DNA of 64,000 bases, taken from assembly GCA_048013815.1 (NCBI GenBank), contig CM106585.1, forward strand, positions 7,006,001 to 7,070,000, given 5' to 3'. This DNA comes from Setoptus koraiensis (Eukaryota; Animalia; Arthropoda). Made by a program: the position numbers and the translations under genes. The first letter of the stretch is position 1. Every line of letters starts with the position of its first letter. The notes below the pieces were generated by a model. The model did no database searches. It saw only the letters and a list, made by a program, of their open reading frames with translations, and had not been told where the DNA came from. Positions 11,593 through 22,020 of the stretch are shown piece after piece.

Positions 11593-13162
11593 ATGTCTAA
11601 AAAATTTAATTTGGTTGCTTTTGCTCTGCTCATTTGCTGCATTGGGCTAAGTGGCGTATTCTGCCCGAACCTGGCGGAAGATCTTCTTGACCTCAAATTA
11701 CGGTTGTTGTAGCGATTAGGTCCCCACTCAGATCTTGATGAAACTTCCGGTGCGGGTCCCCCTTGACCCCAATAGAATGGAAAAAGTGGTCCGGAAGTGC
11801 GGAAACTTCCGGTTCCGGTTTTACAAAAAGTTGAAGCTAGAGCTCCAAGATTCACCATAGAGACGTTTCAAGCTACGCTGAACACGATGACATAATTTTC
11901 AGCTCTGTGCGACTTACGGTTTTCGAGATATAGAGATATTACTAGGGTTAGAAGACCGGAAGTGACCAAATTATTGCTTCGCTGCGCTCGGGGATGCACA
12001 TGCGGTGTGTCTGAGAACTCGGCCTGCGGCCTCGTATTCTGGAGGCCGTCACATCTCCGTCGTCGCTCCCGCGACGACTGCGTGCGACGGGAACCCTTCG
12101 GGTAGAGTTGATGAGCGCTTCGGGTATCGGGCTGCGCCCTCTACCCTCCGCTCACATGACTGCAATCCATGCACAGATGTAGGGAGAAAGACGAAAAAAA
12201 CCGACAAAAAATGAAAACAAATGGGACAAGAGGATATGGATAATTATTTGATTTTTATTATATCAATGTGATGACTGATATATGACCCAATACATGGTGT
12301 TGCTCACTCTATGCACAGGATGGGTCGGCTGACCGCATCCGCACAGACCCGGCCACACCTCTTAATCAAATAAACCTTGATATCTCCTGAACCGGAATTG
12401 ATGGGGGATCGATTTTGATTTCATCATTCTCCGCTAGGTGTCATCTACTAGATTCTGAATTTTCAGAGCTCTATCTTGATATTTTTGTATTTCCGGAACC
12501 GGAAGTTTCCGCACTTCCGGACTGCTCAACTCGTAATATAGGGCCCCTACGGGGCCCACGTGTGAAGTTTTATCGAATTCTGAGTGGGGACCTAATCGCT
12601 ACAACACCCCAAATTTCAGTCGATGGGGCCGGTTTCAAACCACATCAATATCCTGACGAAACAAGGTGATGAGACAAGGAAACTCTATCAAGAGGTTAAT
12701 AACGCGCTAGCGATGCTCGATGAAACGACAAAGTACTCTCGGTCAGCAATTAACCAGCACATCTGTAAGAACCAACCAATGGAAACAAAATTGCATCTGT
12801 CCCTTTTGCATTTGATAGAAATTCAAGATAAAGTAAGGAAGCGCTTGGATGTCATAGAAGACGCAATGGTGGATGCTAATGAAAAATCATATATTTCAAA
12901 AGCTGTGTCGATTCTCATGATTCTTTTTGGTTCTTTCGTAGTAGTTTACCTAACGATTGCACTTGTTCGGTTTTGCGTTAAGAGATGTTCGAATGCGAAA
13001 TCGAACAAGATGGCAGACTTGGAGTCGCGTACCGCTAAGAATGTCATCACCCAATTGCTGGAAAGGGCTGAAAATAAGAATAAGTTGGTTGGAGTTGGCT
13101 CAAGAATAAGAAAAAAAAATTATCTAACATGCCAAAAAATGATTAAAGATGTCAATAATTAA
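11593..13162 (+). pseudogene. 217-aa type I membrane protein gene split by a MITE
   Basis: ATG 11593 gives MSKKFNLVAFALLICCIGLSGVFC (signal peptide-like); removing 11702-12609 plus one TSD copy joins it in frame to ORF 12623-13162 (coiled-coil, TM ILMILFGSFVVVYLTIALV, basic tail); AATAAA at 13182. Confidence 0.75.
11702..12609. mobile_element. Long-TIR MITE (908 bp)
   Basis: ~200-bp imperfect TIRs; TSD CAAATTAC (11694-11701) / CAAATTTC (12610-12617); hairpin core 11976-12168. Confidence 0.9.
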
Positions 13163-13230
13163 TGAATCATGTAAATCTACCAATAAAGCTTTCACCTATG
13201 TCAATAATTCAGCCCCTGATAATATATTTC

Positions 13231-14277
13231 GGCTGTTGTAGCGAACTGGGCGTAGTTCCGATCTGGGTATTTTGGGTATATTCGGGTAGTGTATAGTATC
13301 CTGATACCCAAACAAATATTCATAAGATGTAGAAATTTACGGTTTTCGAGTTACCCGAGGTACCGCACAGTGGGCGTTTCGAGATACTCGACGACCGCTA
13401 GGAGTCTTCGGAGCGTACTTGAGGTATTTCGGGCACTATTTGCGTACATCAAAAAACCCTCATCCTTTTGAAGGTATTCCGGAAGTGGAGAATCGACTCG
13501 AATTCGAAATAACTGGTGTGGGGTATGATGGGTATTTCAGCATAACGCATGATCACCGCTCCAAGGATCGGTTGTTGTAGCGATTAGTGCCCCGCCCCGA
13601 TTTTGATGAAACATCCTGCACGGTTACATCTTGACGTCTATAGACCGGAAAGAATGGTCCGGAAGTGCGGTAAATTGGAGCTCCTCTTTGCTCGGGAATG
13701 AGTATGCGATGGGTCTGAAAACTCGGCCTGCGGCCTCGTATTCTGGAGGCCGTCACATCTCCGTCGTCGCTCCCGCGACGACTGCGTGCGACGGGAACCC
13801 TTCGGGTAGGGTTGATGAGCGCTTCGGGTATCGGGCTGCGCCCTCTACCCTCCGCTCACATGACTGCAATCCATACACGACCGTAAGTAGAAGAACAGAC
13901 TGTTCATCGTGAAGCTGCACATCCGACTGTGAGGATCTCAAGAACCGGAATGGCGCAGGCTTCGATGTTGATCTGTACGGGCCTGCTAGCGCACGTACTT
14001 GGTCGATATTCCGTCCCGTCGCCGCCCTTGCTGCGGTTATCACGAAATATCTTGTGAACCGGAAGTTGTAAGAATCAGAAATTGATGTCATCGGAATCAT
14101 CGTACTCAAATCCACATACATACTGACTTTCAAGACTGTAGCTCGAAGATTAAGCTAAAACCGGAACCTGTAATTTCTACACTTCCGGTCTAAACAAATC
14201 TACATCAGGGCCCCCTAAGGTACACACACCGTGAGTTTCGTCGCGATATGAGCTACGCCCAGTTCGCTAAAACACCC
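13231..14277. mobile_element. Long-TIR MITE variant (1047 bp) with a nested second left end at 13570
   Basis: Ends GGCTGTTGTAGCGAACTGGGCGTAG / CTACGCCCAGTTCGCTAAAACACCC; perfect TSD TATATTTC (13223-13230 and 14278-14285). Confidence 0.85.
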
Positions 14278-14673
14278 TATATTTCTAGCTGTAAACTGTG
14301 TGAGCCGACGAGCACAGTCAAACAAAAAAAAGAGAAGCCAGTTCAGTTCCCAACACTACCCGTCCTCTGCCCGCCCTCGACCCGCCCTCTACCCGCAGCC
14401 GGGCTGCCTGCAGTCCAGCTCTGCCGACTGAGCTGTGTGCTTGCCAGCCAGCTCTACAGTCGGCTGTGTGGATAGACAGTTCGACTGGAGAGCTGGCTGG
14501 CAAGCACACAGCCCAGCTGTGGCAGTCGGCTTGTGTGCGGCGCTGCCGACTGGCACAGTCCGCTCAGGACGGGACCGACTGGGCTGCGCGGCTCGGCCGA
14601 CTGTTTGGCACACCGGCCAAAAAACAAAAGCAGCACAGTCGGTCCCCATCACTACCCAGCAAGTAGTATATGT

Positions 14674-15500
14674 ATGATATATTTTATAACAAATATAATA
14701 GCTATCATTCTTGAGCATGCTGATCCAATAATATGGCGACCAACTACTAAAATGGTATATGGCAAACGAGTAGAATTCAAAATTTTGTTTATGTGGGTGG
14801 ATCCTTGCAAAACATTTGATAGTCATTCTAATAGCCATCCGCACTGGAATGCAAAACAAAAATGTAAAAGTTTATATCAAGAGTGGATAGAAAACATGGA
14901 CGAACTCGTTCGAATTTTCAAACAAGTTTCCAGACCGAGACAAGTTGCATTGCTTGCTGGGATCACCGTTGTTGGTTATCAAATCATGACAAATCTTACA
15001 TCTATTGCATCAAAAAATGTTCATTCAGAATATACTTAATCATATACCCAAATATTTGATGTTCTTAAGTCATACAAGGAAACACAATCATCAATGAGAG
15101 ACATTATTTTAGGAATGGTCGATAAAATGGGTATTGATGATAATCGTCTCCATGAATTCAAAAGAAGAGTACGATGAAAACTGGAGTAATTATCACAATC
15201 AAGCCTTTGCCATGATCGGGGTACAATATAAAATCATAGAGAAAGGTATGTGACTAGGAAACATTATAGATAAAGCAAGTTTGGGTCAAGCTTCAATGGT
15301 CGACATGGCATATCTTATGGATTTCAATCATACCCAACGACTCAAGCTTTATGATCTAGACATCAATTAACACAAGATTAAGCCGAAATTCACTGAATTT
15401 ATATCGGCCGAAAAACTAGAAGATGGAGATGGGGTTCGTCTTCATTTTTCTATAATACTTGAATACCCAAGAGCAAAAATTTATGAAATTGATAGCTTTC
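14674..15500 (+). pseudogene. Decayed env-like (class I fusion-type) glycoprotein fragment
   Basis: MIYFITNIIA leader; WVDPCKTF...CKSLYQEW; basic SRPRQ followed by hydrophobic VALLAGITVVGY and an amphipathic stretch; continues through stops and one frameshift to LHFSIILEYPRAKIYEIDSF. Family call is by resemblance only. Confidence 0.45.
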
Positions 15501-15800
15501 AACGTATTGAAAGCTAAAGAGCTCTATGAAGCTGTGTTACATGATGATATAGACACAGCCAGCAATACGCAAGCACTAGCACTAATTGGTTCAGCATTCA
15601 ACTGACTTAGCCAAATCCGTAATGGAAATGCAGTCAATCACCAGCAAGCTTAAGCTATTAAATGAAAATGTGTCTGATGACGCGTTAATGAGCATCATCA
15701 TCAATGCGCTACCAGCAACATTCGATAACTTTATAGTAGCCTCTAGACTTTTGTCGCCACAGGAAACCATAATCACTTTGACAGATGTATAAAACTGTAT
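15500..15800 (+). mobile_element. Ty1/copia gag fragment
   Basis: VLKAKELYEAV...QALALIG, then frameshifted MEMQSITSKLKLLNENVSDDALMSIIINALPATFDNF, resembling the copia gag (Retrotran_gag_2/UBN2) pattern. Confidence 0.65.
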
Positions 15801-16371
15801 AAGCAATTATAACTCTAAATAAAGACAGTCATTTGACAAACTAAACTAAACAAGTGACTCAAATTCTATCAATATTCTTTGTAAGAAATGTTCGAGACAC
15901 AATAATTTTACGCAATGGGCACAACGGATGAAACGATGCTGCTTGCATTCAGGTACTTGACAATGGACATCTCTACCGTCGAAATTGAATTGTACATTCT
16001 CTACCGTATCGGGTTTCACGCCAATTGTAAGTTTAAACTACGGGCTGGTAGTGAGGAAATCCCAAAAGTTTGGGGATATATCCCTTTATTGATTGTGCGC
16101 AGTTAAAATCCGCGCCGCGCGCAGCGGCCGCGCCTCTACAGTTTGACCGCTTTTATTCTTTTCCTGTGGCTCCTAGGAATGATCTACCCTCAGTGGGAAG
16201 ACCTCAGAACCCTATCCGATGTCCTCGCGGCTGGATACGACTGATTGTACAGTCGATATGCCCTCAAATACCCTAAAATACCCACAATGCGGCAGCTCGG
16301 GTATCTCTGGAACCAAGAATTTCCGCACTTCAGTAATATCTTTCCTGGTATCAGGGCATCATACTCGACCC

Positions 16372-17642
16372 AACAAGTTATACTGATTATACCAGTATAA
16401 GAGCGCTTAATTTTTCCAGTGAACGATCTTAGAGGTTTGGACAGTTTATTAAGTAGTGATAAGTGCTAGCTGTCTCTAGAAAGTTTCGAGAATTTATCCT
16501 GGTGAGAACAGTATCGAAAATCACACATACTGTATAGGCACATGTTCTCAATAATGGCCTATAGCGCCAATACTAGAAACATAAAATTGATTAAACTTGC
16601 GTAGATCGTGTATTAGACAGTGCTAGCTGTCTCTAGAAAGCTTCGGGAATTTATCCGGATGAGAACAGTTTCAAAAATGCCACGTGGTGTATGGGCATAC
16701 CTGATCAGATATCATATACATGTTATGAGCTCACCTGATCAGGAATGGCCTATAGCGCCAATACTAGAGACAGATAATTGGTTATGAGTTACATGTTCAG
16801 AAATCGATGACTATACATGACATCCGTCATCCGAAATTTCTCTATGTCTCGAAAACGACCAATTGATTTCTGATCATACTTGCACAGAATGTTGCGAGCA
16901 ACATGCACAACACACACACGCAGTATCATCAAAACGGATAGGTGGGAACATGTTCAGATATCACGATATTCACATGACATCCGTCATCCGAAATTTCTCT
17001 ATGTCTCGAAAACGACCAATTGATTTCTGATCATACTTGCACAAAATGTTGCCAATACTAGAAACAGAAAATTGATAAGACTTGCACAGATCGTGTATGG
17101 CACAGTGCTTGCTGTCTCTAGAAAGTTTCAAGAATTTATCCTGGTGAGAACAGTTTCGAAAATCGCACATAATGTAGAGACACATGTGCCACAATATGGC
17201 CTATAGCGCCAATACTAGAAACAGAAAATTGATTTGACTCGCACAGATCGTGTATAGCATCGATCCACCTCCTCACAATACATTAACCTCTGCATGAGCC
17301 CGGGACTTAAAATTCAATTCACCTCCCTGAAATGTGTGTTTGGGAGGTGGACGAACCTTCGAGTCTCAAACTTGTATGTAGGCGTGCACACAGCGCGTGA
17401 CTCTCAAGATCGAAAACTGTGAATATCCACAAATAAATCGGTACGTGGATATTCACTCGCATTCAAAGTCGGAGTATTCACAAGCACACAGCGCGTGAAT
17501 CACCATAGCACAATTGGTGAATATCCTATGAAATGCACGAATTAAGTATCCACCACCATACCGTGCGTGGATATTCATGCGTGATCTTCAGGATCCCACA
17601 GCACTACATCATAAGCCCTTAATTAAAATTAAGCGCTAAAAA
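16372..17642 (-). mobile_element. Full-length HINE (~1.27 kb) with unit-B, unit-A, GGAGGTGG and GTGGATATTC cassettes
   Basis: 3' end motif at 16372-16413; 5' end CTTAATTAAAATTAAGCGCTAAAAA at ~17618-17642. Confidence 0.85.
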
Positions 17643-18169
17643 TACCCAATATATCCAAATTGGGCGTGGTACGTATTCCGAACGTTAACCCAACACTCTC
17701 AACCACAACCACAACCATACACAACCACAACCAACAGGTAACGGAGAGGACGCGGTAAGCAAGACCCTCTACCTTCGAGGAGGTGCCTGCCACACCCCAA
17801 GATAGGAATGGCCCCTCCACCCCTATGGCCCCTCTGTTGCTGGGGAGGTGCCTGCCACACCCCGAAATGGGAATGGCCAGGCCGCTCCCAGATTGGCTAG
17901 AACAAGAGCGGTATCTGTTCGCCTTCGAATCTCTAACTTTTGATGATTGATTAATCTAATAATTAGTCATCTCTCTATTTCTGACAAATCCCAAAAGTGT
18001 GAGAGGGACAATTGTTATTCATCAGCATGCAAATTTGATTGTCGAGCCCGAAGGCCGAAACTAAAAATCGAAGAGAAGGCTATGGTATCATGGAATTATG
18101 CAAGATAAAAAGTTCAATATTCTGACCCTAAACCCGACTATCAATGCCTTTTTGATCAGGGCAAGATTT

Positions 18170-18735
18170 ATTTTCTATGCCCAAGTCGGCAGTCAGTGAA
18201 CAACTGGAAGAACAACTTCCTGAAAGTATGTTCGATAGATAAGGCTGCCGGTCGACCTGAAGGTAATCGCTGTATTGACCCTGCACTGATCGAAAGAACC
18301 AGAGAGCTCTGCAACAATGGTACGACACCGAAGAGCACACATGCCTTCAGTTAATGTAGGCCGGACGACTTTTCTTACCGCGCTGAACAAGCATCTTGAG
18401 TTTAAACCATATCACCCCAGGCAACTGTTTGACCTGAAAAATTCTCACGCTGCAAGAGTGCAGCTCGCAAGATAGATTATTGAATTGACAAACGGCGAAA
18501 GTAGTAACGATTTCTATAAGAAGATTATCATTTCAGATGAGTCGTGGTTTTCTACTGACAGATGGCTTAACAAGTACAACAGGGTCTTTTGGGCAGCTGA
18601 TAATCTAAAGTACGTTATTCAGAAGCAGATGTTTTCACCAAAAGATAAGGTTGTTTGCTTCATCGGTTTCAAATTCAGAGCTGGGCCCTTCTTCGAATCA
18701 AATGTAAATAGTGATAGCTACATCGCAATGCTTGA
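18170..18735 (+). mobile_element. Decayed Tc1/mariner-superfamily transposase
   Basis: NNWKNNFLKVCSIDKAAGRP (HTH end), LEFKPYHP, KIIISDESWF, NRVFWA, KVVCFIG...GPFF..NVNSDSYIAML; contains stops; truncated by a HINE end at 18736. Confidence 0.8.
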
Positions 18736-18891
18736 AACAAGTTATACTGATTATACCAGTAGCCCAATTGGTGAATATCCTATGAAATGCACGAATTAAG
18801 TATCCACCATCATACCGTGCGTGGATATTCATGCGTGATTTATAGGATCCAACAACACTACATCATAAGCCCTTAATTAAAATTAAGCGCT

Positions 18892-19730
18892 AACAACGAG
18901 CACCCAAGGATCAACCACTGTCCTAAGAAGCTGTTTACCAAAGTAACAAGGATAGTAGACAGCATGGAAACATTCATGCTTGAACACAAGAAAGTGGATA
19001 CAATCAAATTCAAACATAAAGACCCAAGCCTGGCCTTAATAGTTTTTAGAATAGATAATAAAGACCTATCAGAGAGTGATAGCGAGAAACAATATACTGA
19101 ACATCTAACACATGTTAGATCGATTAGCCGAAGTCACACAATGTATTTGTATGTATCATGTTCCATATGGTGGCACCCTACAAATTTTATGCATAGTTGC
19201 CACATAATTGTTAACAATTGTGTTACGGCTCTCCATGGTAGAGGCACAAGTACAATTATAGCCACATCGGCTGGACATGCAGTTAGCTGCCTCCCAACGA
19301 CAAAGTGCAGTAATATGACACTCAACGACTTTTTGAGTCTGAGTGTTATGAACAGAGTAACAACGACACAAATAGGAGTTAAGTGGAATAGAACCACTGC
19401 AATACACAAGTTCATTACTAGAATAACATCCAGTAATAGACATCATCACATGCTTACTATTGATGTAACACCCAATAGCAAGCGAATCAAAGTACTTGGA
19501 GCTAGAGTCAAATCTAACACCAAGGGGCAATTCAGGCAGGCAACTAACTTAAAACTTAGAGGCCAGCGAATCAAAGTATTTGGAGCTAGAGTAACACTCT
19601 ACACCAAGAAACAGTTAAAGCAGGCAACTAGCTTAAAAACTAGAAGCCAGCGCAGCAAAGACATCAACAGGCAGTGCACAATACTTGACGCTTTTATTAG
19701 ACACAGCGTTATTTATATCGTAGTGACTAA
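18892..19730 (+). other. Uninterrupted orphan reading frame bounded by HINEs on both sides
   Basis: Frame is open from the HINE junction (~18892) through ATG 18964 into the next HINE; 84-bp/28-aa internal repeat (RIKV.GARV) at ~19480-19650. Confidence 0.4.
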
Positions 19731-20613
19731 GACAAGTGATACTGATTCTATCAGTATCTCAAGCGCTTAATTTTTTGGATAGACGAATGTCGTTGGAATA
19801 TTGATGCGAGTATGTGACAACGTGTCGGAGATAAGCATCTATGCCTGTCAGATCAGAGTAGCCGAAAAGATGACAGAATAAATAAAAGTTCTCCGAATTT
19901 CTATCGCAGCATGCTACACATGTTGATTGCTTGCGTACAAAATTGATTAAGATCCTAATGGTCAGTTTCGTCACAATAAGTAATTTAGTTAGACACACCA
20001 ATTAGTCAATGGCGCAAACTGTGTTATAGTGCATCAATTTCGAACTTCGAAGTTCGAATTGTGACCATCGAACACTGACCATCAGACTCTGACCATCGAT
20101 CTCTGACCATCGAAGTCCGACAATGCAGCTGAAACTCTTATCAGATATTCGAATTTTCAATTTCGAATTTCGAAGTTCGAATTGCGACCATCGAACTTCG
20201 AACTAGCGGATGGAACTGTCATCAGGAATTCGAATTTTCAATTTCGAATTTCGAAGTTCGAAATGTGACCATCGAACTCTGACATTGTTAACGTTTAGAT
20301 ACTTTAACACAGGGACTAACGTGAGATTGGCAAAGTCAAATCTCCATAGGGATAACATTGTTAACGTTTAGACACCTCTAGCTAATCGCGTCTAGTGAGT
20401 GAACGCGCATAGCATTCTATGTGCTGGAATTCAACTAATCAACATTGTAAGCTTTGAGTGTTCTAAATTTATCTAGTTTATTTCTCGCAGTACAGCTTTC
20501 ACCGTGCTATTTTTTCCTAGTTGAAAAAAGCACTGATTTGTTCTACCCACGTGAATAAACGTATCCATCCGACCCACATCAATAGCTACTTAATTAAAAT
20601 TAAGCGCTAAAAA
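19730..20613 (-). mobile_element. Full-length HINE (~880 bp), TTCGAA cassette
   Basis: 3' motif at ~19732-19775; 5' motif ACTTAATTAAAATTAAGCGCTAAAAA at ~20588-20613. Confidence 0.85.
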
Positions 20614-20639
20614 TAAAGAATGGATGAGCAGCAGCAACA

Positions 20640-20900
20640 CGGCGGCTGAGCCAACGACAGTTTGAGCGCATCGTGAAAAATTGAGTGCACTTGACTTTGG
20701 ACAATAAACTTAATGATATTATCGCGCATAGTTTGATTCATTGAGAGTAGCAGGTCATAATCGGTCTTCCTGGCCTTGTTGTAATTTAAGGACCATGTTG
20801 GCTCGGCATGTTCTAGGTTCGAGCAAGCAGCATACATGACTAAAGGTAGTGTTTAAGTAAAAGTCTCCACCCTAAAAGTGTGTTCCTCTTGTATACGTGT
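20640..20900 (-). mobile_element. Possible non-LTR retrotransposon RT C-terminal fragment
   Basis: MYAACSNLEHAEPTWS resembles the LINE motif Y...R..LEYa.pvWs; short and degenerate. Confidence 0.3.
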
Positions 20901-21022
20901 TGATGCCAACACAAGTGATACTGATTATGTCAGTATCTCGAGCGCTTAATTTTTTGGATGGACAAGTATGATAAGAATATAGGAGCGAGTATGTAACGAC
21001 ATGTCGGAGATAACCATCTTGA

Positions 21023-21818
21023 AGGTACCGCTCAGTGGGCGTTTTGAGGTACCCGACGACCGCTAGCGGTTCCCACTGCTTTTTTTGAAGGTATTTTGGT
21101 ACAGCCAGGTACAGACAAGTATAATAATCTCAGAAATTGTATACCGGAAGTGTGAAAATGAACCCGATGTGCGATACTGCGATTTACCCGGGTATTTCGG
21201 GTATCCGAGTATGCAATAGGCTACGCGAGGGTAATAATCACAACCGCTTGAATGCGGCATGACCGTTGCGGGTAGGACGAGGTACGCGGGGTACCCATGC
21301 TCACTTGTGTATAATATACAATAGCCCTTCCGTCTGCCATGCATCTTGGGCCCGGGCCGGAGGAGGGGTTCGGCCTCCAGTCGTCCACGCCTACGGCCTG
21401 CGGCCTCCGGCGGGACGACTGACGGCCACCTAACTAAAAAAGATTCTTCCCGAGGACTGGGGGTCGAGTGGGCGGGGCCCGTGATCGGGCCGGGTTTCGA
21501 CCAATTATGTGCTCAATTAACCTTGCTCTAGCCAGCTAGGCTTAGGGTTCGCGCAAGCACCGTCTGAATACTGCATGAAATTCCTAAATATCTCTGCAAC
21601 CGGAAGTTATAGAAATTCGAAATCTATCTCATTGGACTAGGTGTGGTCGAATATACCGACATACTAAGTTTCAAGTTTCTAGCTTGAAGCCGAGGCCTAA
21701 ACCGAAAGCAATGGTTTCTACACTTCCGGTCCAAAAAATTTTTCATCAGGGACCTCCAAGGTACTCACACTGTGAGTTTCGTCGCGATCTGAACTACGCC
21801 CAGTTCGCTACAACACCC
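21023..21818. mobile_element. One-ended MITE variant with B-type hairpin core, flanked by a ~315-bp direct duplication
   Basis: Right end CAGTTCGCTACAACACCC at 21818; core ~21345-21500; 20707-21022 is repeated at 21819-22133. Confidence 0.75.
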
Positions 21819-22020
21819 ACTTAATGATATTATCGCGCATAGTTTGATTCATTGAGAGTAGCAGGTCATAATCGGTCTTCCTGGCCTTGTTGTAATTTAA
21901 GGACCATGTTGGCTCGGCATGTTCTAGGTTCGAGCAAGCAGCATACATGACTAAAGGTAGTGTTTAAGTAAAAGTCTCCACCCTAAAAGTGTGTTCCTCT
22001 TGTATACGTGTTGATGCCAA

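Noticed and set aside
12100-12140. Hammerhead ribozyme in the MITE core (TTGATGAG...)
   Set aside because: The CUGANGA box is imperfect and no GAAA box closes stem II; GAGCCCGAAGGCCGAAAC at ~18044 lacks the upstream CUGANGA
11694-12617. Spy-type insertion without TSD, or a 6-bp TSD, for the MITE family
   Set aside because: Non-palindromic flanks (TATATTTC, CGAATTAG, AAGATTTA) are duplicated perfectly over 8 bp with symmetric GG...CC ends
13344-13352. Transib/RSS terminus from CACAGTG(GG)
   Set aside because: It lies inside a MITE arm, has no partner inverted end or 5-bp TSD, and no nonamer
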